Below are positions 1 through 9,861 of a stretch of 64,000 nt of DNA, piece after piece; the stretch's first letter is position 1, and each line of letters begins with the position of its first letter. A program made the position numbers and the translations under genes. Origin of the DNA: an uncultured Verrucomicrobiota bacterium (GTDB lineage: Bacteria; Verrucomicrobiota; Verrucomicrobiia; Opitutales; Seribacteraceae); NCBI GenBank assembly GCA_902615835.1, contig CACMQL010000002.1, positions 7,952-71,951 on the forward strand, in the 5' to 3' direction. The notes under the pieces were generated by a model. The model saw nothing but the letters and a program-made list of their open reading frames with translations, was not told the DNA's origin and made no database searches.

Positions 1-383
1 CCGACACAGGCCGTATTGTAGCCCTGCTTCTTTAGAAAGGTTGCAACCGTGGTTCTATCCGATGCGATCAAAGGCCCGGCTGCTCCATCTAACACGCCCC
101 CTTTAAGACGAGTGCGCCAAGAGTAGCGACCCGTGAGTATGCCGTAGCGGGTTGGCGTGCAGACTGAGGAATTGGTGTGAGCATCCGAAAAACGCATGCC
201 TCCTTCCGCCAGCCGATCCAAAAAAGGCGTCGGGAACTTACAGTTTGGATTATTGGCCGCCACATCCCCATAGCCCATGTCATCTGCAAGGATGTAAATG
301 ATATTCGGTTGCTCAGAACCCGACAGGAAAAAGGAATAGGGGATTAGCCACAAGCCGACTATCATATATAGGTATGGATTCAT
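1..383 (-). CDS. Arylsulfatase (S1, Cys-type), N-terminal part; runs off the left edge of the window
   Basis: Hand translation from ATG at 383: MNPYLYMIVGLWLIPYSFFLSGSEQPNIIYILADDMGYGD...SSVCTPTRYGILTGRYSWR. It contains a signal-like N-terminus, the PNI..ADD motif and CxPxR. Not in the ORF track because it has no stop in the window. Confidence 0.9.
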   Translation of the reverse strand, partial: MNPYLYMIVGLWLIPYSFFLSGSEQPNIIYILADDMGYGDVAANNPNCKFPTPFLDRLAEGGMRFSDAHTNSSVCTPTRYGILTGRYSWRTRLKGGVLDGAAGPLIASDRTTVATFLKKQGYNTACV

Positions 384-450
384 GAAGTGCAGTCCTTTTT
401 AATCATATCTTAATCCTGTTTCACAACTTGGTGTCATCTAGAAAGTACAA

Positions 451-2217
451 TTACTTCCCCAAGTATTCTACAGTAACGAAATAGGCAATCCCGTCCTTAC
501 CATCACCCAGCAGGGCGGTATCCAGATCCGCATCCCCCACCTTCAAATTCATAAGGAAGGTCGCCCGCGTATCTTCAGGCATCACCACTTTTTCTCGAGT
601 CTTGCCGGCAATTGAAATACGAACCTTTCGAATAATATGATCCTTCTTGAATTTCCTGCCACCAATACTCATAGACATATTTGTGTAGAGCGGATAGCGG
701 GAAAGCGTGAACTTATATTTACCGTCGCGAGCAATTCGTACCTTGTAGGGACCATGTGCCTGCATTAAGTCGCGTGGAGCACTCTGCCTGAATGGTTGCC
801 CTCCATTTGACTCCGGGGTCCAGTACATATCTTGCCCTGTTATCTCTATCGCAGGCGATCCAACCCCACCCAGAACAAACCTTACCGGTTCCTGAACCAG
901 TTTTTTTCCTCGTGCGTGATAAGCCTGAAACGCTTTTTCCATACGCTGCACTACTTCAGGATACTCCACAGCAACGTCATTCTCCTGCATACGGTCTTTC
1001 TCTATGTCATAGAGCTGACCTTCTCCGAGCATACGCCAGTTTTTCCAAATCACGCAGAGGTACTTGTCTCGGTCATCGAGCTTCTTGGCGTTGAAATAAT
1101 AGAAGAACACCATGCGCTCATCGTTTTCAGCATCGAATGGATTCGCTAGGTAAGGCTTAAAGGAACGACCTTCAATCTTAATGTCGTCCGGCACTTTGAA
1201 TCCGCAAAGATCAAGCAAGGTTGGATAAACATCCAGTACTGAAATAATTGTTCCATTGTCACTGCTCTTTAAGCCCCCCGGCCAACGGAGGAAACAAAAT
1301 ACGCGATGTCCGCCTTCTTCCCTTGAACCCTTTTTGCCACGCATCCCTTTGAACCAAGGCTTTTCAGTCTGCGATATTGCGGCACCCTGGGTACCGTCGT
1401 CCGTGGTGAAAAGAATGATGGTATTTTGGTCCAGGCCTTCCTGTTTCAGAAAAGCTGACAGGCGGCCAACATTTTCATCCAGATTGTCAACCATACCATA
1501 AAAGACAGCCAGCTTTTCATTCACACCATTTGCTAGGTGGTGTTTTGTATAGTGATCGGAAACCTTCAGAGGCAGGTGGGTTACATTCGGTGCGAGATAG
1601 ACAAAGAATGGTTTATCTTTGACTCCTTTTATGTAGCGCATTGTTTCATTAAAAAAAATATCCGTACAGTAACCATCATACTTTTTGGGTATACCGTTGT
1701 GATAGTAGGTATCGTCAAAATAATCATTCCCCCAATAATCTGCGATCTGACTAATTGCTCCGCAGCGCAAACCAACCACCTCATCAAACCCCTGATCCTG
1801 TGGTCTCATCGGCCAGGCGTCGCCGAGATGCCATTTTCCAAAATGTCCGGTTTCATAACCGTTTGCCTTGAATGCTTCTGCGATTGTCAAATTATCCGCC
1901 CGCATCAATGTACGTCCCAAACTCGTCCGCCAAGCTCCTGTCTGTTCGGCATACTTGCCGGTCATTAAGGCAGCACGCGAAGCGGTGCACATCGGCATCT
2001 GGTGGAAGTTCGTCAAGCGAACCGCCTCACTCGCCATCTTATCCATATGCGGAGTCCTTACATGCGGATTACCCTCGTAGCCGACATTGTTTCCTTGGTC
2101 GTCCGTCATGATCACAATTACATTGGGCCTTGATGTGTCCTTCGACGGTAACAGATGCGACGCCGCAAGTGCATTGACAGATAAAATCAAAGCAAGTGCA
2201 GAGAGTTGAGTTTTCAT
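451..2217 (-). CDS. Secreted arylsulfatase (S1) with C-terminal extension
   Basis: Signal peptide, RPNVIVIMTDDQG, CTASRAALMTG, GKWHLG, TDDG, RGKKG..EGGHRV. Confidence 0.92.
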   Translation of the reverse strand: MKTQLSALALILSVNALAASHLLPSKDTSRPNVIVIMTDDQGNNVGYEGNPHVRTPHMDKMASEAVRLTNFHQMPMCTASRAALMTGKYAEQTGAWRTSLGRTLMRADNLTIAEAFKANGYETGHFGKWHLGDAWPMRPQDQGFDEVVGLRCGAISQIADYWGNDYFDDTYYHNGIPKKYDGYCTDIFFNETMRYIKGVKDKPFFVYLAPNVTHLPLKVSDHYTKHHLANGVNEKLAVFYGMVDNLDENVGRLSAFLKQEGLDQNTIILFTTDDGTQGAAISQTEKPWFKGMRGKKGSREEGGHRVFCFLRWPGGLKSSDNGTIISVLDVYPTLLDLCGFKVPDDIKIEGRSFKPYLANPFDAENDERMVFFYYFNAKKLDDRDKYLCVIWKNWRMLGEGQLYDIEKDRMQENDVAVEYPEVVQRMEKAFQAYHARGKKLVQEPVRFVLGGVGSPAIEITGQDMYWTPESNGGQPFRQSAPRDLMQAHGPYKVRIARDGKYKFTLSRYPLYTNMSMSIGGRKFKKDHIIRKVRISIAGKTREKVVMPEDTRATFLMNLKVGDADLDTALLGDGKDGIAYFVTVEYLGK

Positions 2218-2307
2218 ATTGAATCAATCATTACTCATTCTTGTTTCTCGGGGCCTTAGAACCGCCTTGGAGAATGCTTAACTTAGAAAAGTACGATTAA
2301 ACTTTTC

Positions 2308-2943
2308 TTAGAGGGACTTTACCTTGATGTTCTTTACCAGAACCGTGCTGCCTGGGTCATGGGCTTGCAGACCGATCGTTCCTTTTGAAAGTCTGCGGGT
2401 TCCCTTGGCATCCTTGCTTTCATTGTAGACCACCACGGTTTTGCCGTCCACTTTGGTTTCAACGCGTTTTCCTTTTACGATGATTTCGTAATGGAACCAT
2501 TCATTGTCCTTGGCTGGTGCTTCGAGATTCTTTTTTACAATGTATACGCTGCCTGTTTTGACGGGATCCTTTTGGGTTTGATTGATCTGTGCCTCATGTC
2601 CGACTGGCCAGCCCCTGTCCTGATATTGGGTGTGGAAAAAGATTCCTCCGTTTGACCCCGGTTTGGTCATCACATCAGCCTTGAAATGAAAATCTGTCAT
2701 GTCCTTGCCCTTACCGGTGTAATAGACCATCGATGGTTTGCCGTGACACTTGATCGCACCGTCCTTGACGGAAATACTCTGCGGATTCCATTTATCGATT
2801 TTCCAATTGTTTAGGTTCTTCCCGTTAAACAAAAGTTTCCAACCATCCGCTTTTTCGGATTTGGATAGGGCATTGTCAGATGCCGATAGTACGGTAGGTA
2901 ATGAGAAAAGGACTAGGAGAAGAGAAGGGATTAATTTTTTCAT
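2308..2943 (-). CDS. DUF1080 / 3-keto-disaccharide hydrolase family protein
   Basis: GWKLLFNGKNL, NGGIFF, HEAQI, GTIGLQAHD. ATG 2943 chosen because it gives a signal peptide (MKKLIPSLLL). Confidence 0.88.
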   Translation of the reverse strand: MKKLIPSLLLVLFSLPTVLSASDNALSKSEKADGWKLLFNGKNLNNWKIDKWNPQSISVKDGAIKCHGKPSMVYYTGKGKDMTDFHFKADVMTKPGSNGGIFFHTQYQDRGWPVGHEAQINQTQKDPVKTGSVYIVKKNLEAPAKDNEWFHYEIIVKGKRVETKVDGKTVVVYNESKDAKGTRRLSKGTIGLQAHDPGSTVLVKNIKVKSL

Positions 2944-3123
2944 TCGAAAACGGATATTGAAAGGTTTAGGGAAAAGCAATCGCCCAGTTGAGCTTATCGT
3001 CTTTTAAAAAAAGAGATCGGGCGGGAGTATCGAATAGCCACCGGGCAAAAGAAGTTTTAAATTATCCAATTTAACCATAGCCGTTTCCTCTTTCCGCATT
3101 TTCAAACCCTCATCAATTATTGG

Positions 3124-3879
3124 ATGAAACTAATAACTCTACTGACATTCTTACTAACTGCTTCTGCCATAGCCGAGACCGAGAAAGACAAACCTGTTCA
3201 TCTCTTTGTCCTATCCGGTCAATCCAATATGCAGGGCATGGATCCAGAGACCGGGTTCATGCCGGAGGCAAAGAAACTTTTTAAGGATGAAAAGGTTGTT
3301 TACATCAAGGTGGCAAAAGGTGGTCAGCCCATATGCAGGTGGCTCGAAGAATGGCAGGATATAGCGAGAAAGAATGGACTCGGTGAAAAGGATATAAAAA
3401 GGATTCATAAGGATGGTGCGGTCGAGTTTTATCAACCGATTCTGGATCAGTATAAGGAGATGTTGAAGAAACATCCTAAGTTCAATTCCGTTACATTTTG
3501 CTGGATGCAGGGAGAGCGCGATGCCAACGGCGGCGGACAGCCTGCCTACAAAGATTCCTTAAAGCTTTTGATTTCAAAGCTACGCCGGGATCTGAACCGC
3601 CCGGACATGAACATTGTCATCGGCCGCCTGAGCGATGCTGGTCAAAAGAAACCGAGTTGGGGGGCAATGCGAAAGATCCAGATGGAAATTGTCGATGAAG
3701 ATCCTAGTGGTGCCTGGGTCGATGTGGATGATCTTAATGATCGAGAAAAGGATGGGAAGGTCAGCAACGCAGTTCACTACAACAGGCCGGAAGGTTACAT
3801 CATTCTCGGGCAGCGTTTTGCTCGGCAGGGCTATGCGCTTATCAAGGGAGAAAAGCCCGCAGAAGACGGCAGACCGTAG
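3124..3879 (+). CDS. SASA / CE6-like SGNH carbohydrate (sialate O-acetyl) esterase
   Basis: LSGQSNMQG, WMQGERDA, late His (AVHY), signal peptide. Confidence 0.85.
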   Translation: MKLITLLTFLLTASAIAETEKDKPVHLFVLSGQSNMQGMDPETGFMPEAKKLFKDEKVVYIKVAKGGQPICRWLEEWQDIARKNGLGEKDIKRIHKDGAVEFYQPILDQYKEMLKKHPKFNSVTFCWMQGERDANGGGQPAYKDSLKLLISKLRRDLNRPDMNIVIGRLSDAGQKKPSWGAMRKIQMEIVDEDPSGAWVDVDDLNDREKDGKVSNAVHYNRPEGYIILGQRFARQGYALIKGEKPAEDGRP

Positions 3880-3930
3880 TCCAGTTTTACCTCCAAGGTT
3901 TCAGCCGGTAGATTCTACGAACTTCCTCCT

Positions 3931-5541
3931 ATGAATAAATTATTCTCTATTGTCACTTATTGCTTGGTTGCCATGGTCATCAGTTTCGCGACATCACTCC
4001 AGGCAGCTCCCAATAAGACAGATCCTCGTTGGAAAGTTTCGTCGACCAAGGATTGGCAGGGATTCATTTCTAAGTCAAAAGGGGTCAAGGTCGCAGATGG
4101 ACATGCCATCGCACAGAAGCGAGAGGTATCCTTCACCAGTAAGTTGAAAAAATTCGCTAAGCCGGCCAAGTTGCAGGACATCGTGCTTAAGCAAAGTGTC
4201 GAATGGATGAACTGGAAACCGTATTCCATATACAATCTCAATATGAGGAATGCACCGGTCTTGATCAGTCATGGTCCCAATGATCATTGGGCTGTCGCTC
4301 AGTACCGATCAGCCGAGCAAATCGTAGAATGGCATCAAAAAAAGGTTGAAGAGGCCAAGAACAGAAAAAGGAAGCCACCTCCGCCTCTCGGCTTCACTCT
4401 TGATGGGTTCGAACCGGAAGAAGTAAGCCTTGAGGGGTATGACGAGAAACTAGTGACTACACCTTTTCCCAATCAATATCGCCCAGCCGAAACCAAGGCA
4501 GACGTCACTGCTCGCCCCTACCAACGAGCCTGGAAAAGTGGTTACCATGCGTGGCACAGTCGGGACATGATCAACTGGGTGCATTACGGTCCCACGGCCA
4601 TGGCTCCGACCGTGACCACGGCGGAATACAAAGACGGTAAAACCTATTTCTATTACGACCGCCCCAATGACCGGGATCCACATCTCATCATCGACAGCGA
4701 CTTGCGGGATGGTGTGCCTGGCGAAGACAAAGGTCTAGCATTCGACGCACCCTGGGGTGGTTCGGATGTGGGCGTGATTCGTGATTTGGCGGGAAAATTT
4801 CATATGATTTCGGAAAATTGGCAACCAATCAATGCTTCCAAGCGTTCGTGGGACTCACCCTTGGCCAGTCATATGGTGAGTGACGACGGAATAGGAAACT
4901 TCAAAATCCTCGAACCTGCGGTGGACTATCGAACCAATCCAACGGGCAGGACGGCCACCTTTGAGCATCCCCATTGGAACGATGAGGAGAAAGTGGTGAC
5001 CTATGAAATCCATGAGCCCGAACAGGATGCCTTCGGGGACTGGGCCGCCATTGCCATCGGCGGACAGTATTACCTTGTGGGCGACTACGATCCATCCGGT
5101 GTACATGATCGTAGTGGCATGAGCGTCGCGCTCTTTACTTCAGAAGATATCAATAAACCATTTCGTTTCTATGGGCATATTGGCTCCGGTCATCCCGACC
5201 CCGACGTCATGTTTGCGGATGGTAAATTTTATTTGATCACTCAGACCGCCACTGATTTCGTTAGCGATGGTCCCTGGGTCGGTATGGCCAAAGTAAGGGC
5301 AGGAGTCGATAAGGATGGCGACGGCAAGATCGATCAATGGTCAAAATGGCAGGATGCTAAAGAAACCTATTCAATAACGAAAGGCTTCTCAAAACAGGTT
5401 GATCGTAAGCCCGCAAAAGTCTCCTTTTCCGATTTGCCGGCAGGCAAAGGTTTTCAGGTTGAGATGAAATTACTCGCAGGCGAAGACGACACAGTACTTC
5501 CCAAGATCGATCAACTGATCGCAACCTTTGATTCGCCGTAG
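3931..5541 (+). CDS. Secreted protein, probable five-bladed beta-propeller glycoside hydrolase-like fold
   Basis: Signal peptide; blade-like repeats SRDMINWVHYGP, GSDVGVIRD..GKFHM, GHPDPDVMFADGKFYLI. Confidence 0.55.
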   Translation: MNKLFSIVTYCLVAMVISFATSLQAAPNKTDPRWKVSSTKDWQGFISKSKGVKVADGHAIAQKREVSFTSKLKKFAKPAKLQDIVLKQSVEWMNWKPYSIYNLNMRNAPVLISHGPNDHWAVAQYRSAEQIVEWHQKKVEEAKNRKRKPPPPLGFTLDGFEPEEVSLEGYDEKLVTTPFPNQYRPAETKADVTARPYQRAWKSGYHAWHSRDMINWVHYGPTAMAPTVTTAEYKDGKTYFYYDRPNDRDPHLIIDSDLRDGVPGEDKGLAFDAPWGGSDVGVIRDLAGKFHMISENWQPINASKRSWDSPLASHMVSDDGIGNFKILEPAVDYRTNPTGRTATFEHPHWNDEEKVVTYEIHEPEQDAFGDWAAIAIGGQYYLVGDYDPSGVHDRSGMSVALFTSEDINKPFRFYGHIGSGHPDPDVMFADGKFYLITQTATDFVSDGPWVGMAKVRAGVDKDGDGKIDQWSKWQDAKETYSITKGFSKQVDRKPAKVSFSDLPAGKGFQVEMKLLAGEDDTVLPKIDQLIATFDSP

Positions 5542-5644
5542 AGATTATCTTTTTGAATAGAACCATCAAAAGAACAAACCTCGAAATGAGCGTGAATACA
5601 TCGCTTTTTTGGAAACAATTTCACTCTTCGAATCATTATTAAGT

Positions 5645-7066
5645 ATGCAAAAAACGATTACTAGTTCTCTTAGGTCAACAATTTGGAATTTCACAAAAGC
5701 GTGTGCGAGTATTTGCGTTATCATGGCAGTGATGACAACCGTCATAGGAGCTGAGGCAAAAGCTTTAAAAGGTTCCAAGCCAAACATCATCGTGATTATG
5801 CCGGATGATTCCAGTTATGGGAATCATTCCTGTTTCGGTAATCCGGTCATAAAGACCCCAAATATCGATACCCTTAAAGAACAAAGTTTGCTGTTAACGC
5901 AGTATCATTCCAGTGCAAGGTGCTCTCCCAGTCGTGCTAAACTCCTGAGCGGTCGCCATGAATTTATGAGTGGTGTTACCCATACCATCCAAGGGCGCGA
6001 GCGCTTGAGCTTGGATACGATCACTCTGCCACAAGCCCTCAAAACTGCCGGGTATGCCACGGGTATTTTTGGCAAGTGGCACAATGGTAAAGAAGGGCCT
6101 TACCGTCCCGAGAATCGCGGGTTCGATGTTAGCTGGGTTTACGAAAAGGGCTCAAGAATGAAAGCCACTATTTCTCAAAATGGAAACCCGAAGAGAATGG
6201 ATGGCACTTATCCCACTGATTTATTTTTTAATAAAGCAACAGAATGGATGAATGTTCAACGTCAGACAAAGAAACCCTTCTTCGTTTATCTTCCACCAAA
6301 ATCACCCCACGGCCCTTACAAAGCCGATTCGAGTGATATGCCGAATGAAGATTATAAAAAATTTCTTGGGTCCCATCCGGAATTGACAGTACAGGTTGCG
6401 AAGATCTATTGGGAGGTTGAATACATCGACAAACGTATCGGCGAGATGATTCAACAACTCGAAGAATGGGGAATCGCTGACAACACTTTATTCATCTTCA
6501 TTGGAAGTGACAATGGCGCATCGGGAACCACGAAAATTTATAATGCCGGGATGAATGGTCAAAAGGGTCACCCGTACCAGGGGGGTACTCGTGTACCTGC
6601 ATTCTTCAGATGGCCGAGAGGCGGTATTGAGGGTGGTTTAGAAAGCACAACACTGATAAGTCAAATGGACATCATGCCTACTCTGCTGGAAATTACCGGT
6701 ACTCCTATGACTGATCAGCTTAAGCAACAAATAGAGGGTCGCAGCCTTATTCCTATACTTAAGAACCCTGCGACTGATTGGGAGGACGACCGGCATTTGG
6801 TGCACCATGTGGGTGCCTGGGCAAGGGGGCAGGCCGCCCGATCGAAACACGCCAGAGTCTCCATCCAGAACAAACGATTCACTTTGGTGAATAACAAAAA
6901 AGGGGAGGAGCTTTTCGACCTCAAGAACGATCCCGGCGAAACGACAAATGTGATCGATGAATATCCCGAAGTAGTGGCTCAACTGCGTGCAGTATACGAT
7001 AAATGGTGGATCAAGGTTCAGCCGAGGCTGGTGAACGAAGATGCCTACCAGTCGTCTGTTGAGTAG
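5645..7066 (+). CDS. Arylsulfatase (S1, Cys-type)
   Basis: KPNIIVIMPDD, CSPSRAKLLSG, GKWHNG, SDNG, GGTRVP, ELFDL..DPGE. Start uncertain (5609, 5645 or 5723). Confidence 0.9.
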   Translation: MQKTITSSLRSTIWNFTKACASICVIMAVMTTVIGAEAKALKGSKPNIIVIMPDDSSYGNHSCFGNPVIKTPNIDTLKEQSLLLTQYHSSARCSPSRAKLLSGRHEFMSGVTHTIQGRERLSLDTITLPQALKTAGYATGIFGKWHNGKEGPYRPENRGFDVSWVYEKGSRMKATISQNGNPKRMDGTYPTDLFFNKATEWMNVQRQTKKPFFVYLPPKSPHGPYKADSSDMPNEDYKKFLGSHPELTVQVAKIYWEVEYIDKRIGEMIQQLEEWGIADNTLFIFIGSDNGASGTTKIYNAGMNGQKGHPYQGGTRVPAFFRWPRGGIEGGLESTTLISQMDIMPTLLEITGTPMTDQLKQQIEGRSLIPILKNPATDWEDDRHLVHHVGAWARGQAARSKHARVSIQNKRFTLVNNKKGEELFDLKNDPGETTNVIDEYPEVVAQLRAVYDKWWIKVQPRLVNEDAYQSSVE

Positions 7067-7121
7067 TTTGGGGCCTGAAAAGATGGAAATTTTTGTAAAA
7101 CCCCAATAAGATTTTTCCGTC

Positions 7122-7994
7122 ATGATATTTAAATCACTCTTTCTTTCCTTCTTTGCATGTGCTCTCTCTTTTCTGCATGGAGAAAAACCACATGCGGTAT
7201 TTGTGGTGGGTACTCATCATTATTCCCCCCAGAAATCTATGCCGATGCTTGCATCCGAAATCGAGCGTCTCGGTTTGAAGATAACCGTAATTAACCCGGA
7301 CTGGGATCCTGAAAAAGACGAGAGGGGATTGCCGGGTTTGGAAGCATTGAAAAAAGCAGACCTAGCCATTTTCTATACCCGGTTTTTAAAAATTGATGAT
7401 CAACAACTCGTTCATATTACCGATTACCTTAAGTCAGGAAAGCCGGTGGTGGGTTTTCGGACGAGCACGCACGGGTTTAATTATCCGGATGAACATCCCA
7501 ATCAAAAGTGGAACGATGGGTTTGGCCGGGATGCTCTTGGTTCACCCTACCTCATTCATCTCAGTGGTCCCACTCGACTGAAAGTGGAGCAGGGGAGGAA
7601 CAAACACCCGGTTTTCACCGGTGTTCAAGCTGATGAAAATTGGGAATCCCGGGGTACGCTCTATCTGACCAAACCGGAAAAAGGAACCACCCCTCTTTTA
7701 TGGGGTACTGGGCACCCGAGGGACAAAAAAGCTGCAGTACGAACCAACCGATTTGGTACGCATCATCTTGAGCCGGAAATGACCGATGTGGTGGCATGGA
7801 CATGGACGAACAAATGGGGAGGCAGAACTTTTTCAACTTCCCTCGGCCATCTTAATGATTTTGGGGATCCCAATTCGGTAAGATTGATAATCAACGGGAT
7901 TTTTTGGGCGGCTGATCAGAAAGTTCCGAGTGCGGATACAAAGATCAATACTTTCGAAATTACATCTTCAAAGAAAAAGAAAAAATCAAAGTAA
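7122..7994 (+). CDS. ThuA-like (class I glutamine amidotransferase-like) secreted protein
   Basis: GLEALKKADL, GFRTSTHGF, VAWT..GGRTFSTSLGH. Confidence 0.75.
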   Translation: MIFKSLFLSFFACALSFLHGEKPHAVFVVGTHHYSPQKSMPMLASEIERLGLKITVINPDWDPEKDERGLPGLEALKKADLAIFYTRFLKIDDQQLVHITDYLKSGKPVVGFRTSTHGFNYPDEHPNQKWNDGFGRDALGSPYLIHLSGPTRLKVEQGRNKHPVFTGVQADENWESRGTLYLTKPEKGTTPLLWGTGHPRDKKAAVRTNRFGTHHLEPEMTDVVAWTWTNKWGGRTFSTSLGHLNDFGDPNSVRLIINGIFWAADQKVPSADTKINTFEITSSKKKKKSK

Positions 7995-8062
7995 TGTAAA
8001 CTTCTGAACTGCGTCTCTTCGGGTGACCTCAGAACATGAGCTTACATTTACAACATATTAAG

Positions 8063-8578
8063 TCATTGGCTCAGGCTCGCTTCCACCATTTTTTTGGTGG
8101 CAACTATGTTTGCCTCCACTGCCTTTTTGGGCCCGGTGATTTTAATAAATACAGCACCACCTTCCCCTTCGATAATTGCGGCCAGTAATCCGTATCCGGG
8201 GTTCGGAGTTTTTGGACCGAAAGGACGCCCGCTTAGAAAGGTGCCATGTGCCTGAGCGTAAGTAACCCGTGTTTTGTTAATGGTAACTGTATCCACTTTT
8301 TTGTCCTGTGGATCTTCAAACTGTTTCATCCATCGATCCACATTGGCCTGAATTCCACCTGTGTTTCCGGACCCAAAGTGGTAAAAGACAACCTCTGCTT
8401 GTTTCCCGGAAGGGCTGTTCGCACTGAATTGTGCTTTTCGCATATTGTTGGAAGGTTTGGATGATTCCCAGTTTCCGGGGGATTCAAAATTGATGCCTGC
8501 TACGGTAAATTTTTCAGCAAAGGCGAAAGATGAAAGGAAGCAAAAAGTAAAAGTTAGCTTAAAAGATAAGGATTTCAT
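8063..8578 (-). CDS. Conserved secreted hypothetical protein
   Basis: Signal peptide MKSLSFK..AFA; GG..ANVDRWMKQF motif that I recall from PVC-group hypotheticals. Confidence 0.7.
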   Translation of the reverse strand: MKSLSFKLTFTFCFLSSFAFAEKFTVAGINFESPGNWESSKPSNNMRKAQFSANSPSGKQAEVVFYHFGSGNTGGIQANVDRWMKQFEDPQDKKVDTVTINKTRVTYAQAHGTFLSGRPFGPKTPNPGYGLLAAIIEGEGGAVFIKITGPKKAVEANIVATKKMVEASLSQ

Positions 8579-8631
8579 AACTATCGAATTTGTATTTCTG
8601 AGAATTTGAGTCAACGGATAATCGGTAAGAG

Positions 8632-9861
8632 TTAAGATTTTACCGAAATATGAAGGAGCTGGCTGAAGGTTCTGAAGTAGATTCCACGGGGCGAAAAGGC
8701 AGGAGTGTTATGAGCGGGATCGTTTAATATCGATTGACCGAGTTGGGTAAGACCTTCGCGGTTTGCCCTGATGGTGATTACTTTTCCCTCCGTGGAGACC
8801 AAAAAAATCAGCCTTCCACTACGCACGGGGGAGGCAAAGAAATTGCCATCCATTCTTTCTCTCCACAAGGTTTCGCCATTCTGCAAATCAATCGCAGTGG
8901 CAATCCCTCCGTCCGAAAGTGAGAATACAAAGTCTTCGATCACCAAGCTTGTGGGGACATAGGGGGCATTCCGGGTGATAGTGTGCTTGATCGTCGCATC
9001 ATCCGTGCTGCTCGGGGGTGGTTTGATAATAAGGAAGCGACTCCCCCGCCCTCCTGATCCACAGGAGGCAAAAAAATGGCCGCCAGCGAAGTAGGGGGAG
9101 GAAACGCTTCGTTTGTCGAGAGTGCCTGGGCCTGTCTCCCAGACCACCTTGCCCCTTTTTATATCCACTGCATAACATCCATGGGATTGTGAATTGGAAA
9201 CCACCCAGGTTTTCCCTTGTTTTGATTCGTAAATGGTGGGGGTGGATGATGAAGGCTTGGAACCAATGCGGTTTATTTTCCAAATTGTTTTTCCCGTTTG
9301 CCGATTAAGGGCGTAAAGGGCTGAGTCGGACTCATGGTCATGGGTCACAAAAACACGATCTTTATAAACGATTGGGGAAAATCCGCTGCCATGCTGCGTT
9401 TCATAGGCTCCAAAGTTTCGCCTCCATATGATTTGACCTAGGTGGTTGAAACAGACAAGGTCATTCGATTGTTTGGTTGTCCAGGAAACGAAAAGAAAAT
9501 CCTGATCAACTGCGGGAGTGGAAGACGCATAGCTGTTAAATTTGTGATAAGGGTAGGGGGTGAAATTAAATTCTTTTTGCCAGATAATTTTACCGGTCTC
9601 CGCATTCAGACAGAGGACAAACTGTCTGGCTTCACTGGGGGATGCACAAGTGGTAAAAATTTTCTCTCCCCAAACCACCGGGGATGAATGTCCACTCCCC
9701 GGCAATGTAGTTTTCCAGGCTTTGTCGTCGTCCTTCCATGCGAAAGGTAATTTTAGGGGTGGGTATTCCCCGTTTCCGTTGGTTCCACGAAACCGATTCC
9801 AATTCTGGGCTTCCAAAGAGTTGCCAATTAAGGCTAGAATAAAAAGAATCAGACTCTTCAC
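8632..9861 (-). CDS. PQQ-binding-like beta-propeller repeat protein (BamB-like)
   Basis: NWNRFRGTNG, GHSSPVVWG, repeated TG..IW blades. Confidence 0.85.
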   Translation of the reverse strand: MKSLILFILALIGNSLEAQNWNRFRGTNGNGEYPPLKLPFAWKDDDKAWKTTLPGSGHSSPVVWGEKIFTTCASPSEARQFVLCLNAETGKIIWQKEFNFTPYPYHKFNSYASSTPAVDQDFLFVSWTTKQSNDLVCFNHLGQIIWRRNFGAYETQHGSGFSPIVYKDRVFVTHDHESDSALYALNRQTGKTIWKINRIGSKPSSSTPTIYESKQGKTWVVSNSQSHGCYAVDIKRGKVVWETGPGTLDKRSVSSPYFAGGHFFASCGSGGRGSRFLIIKPPPSSTDDATIKHTITRNAPYVPTSLVIEDFVFSLSDGGIATAIDLQNGETLWRERMDGNFFASPVRSGRLIFLVSTEGKVITIRANREGLTQLGQSILNDPAHNTPAFSPRGIYFRTFSQLLHISVKS

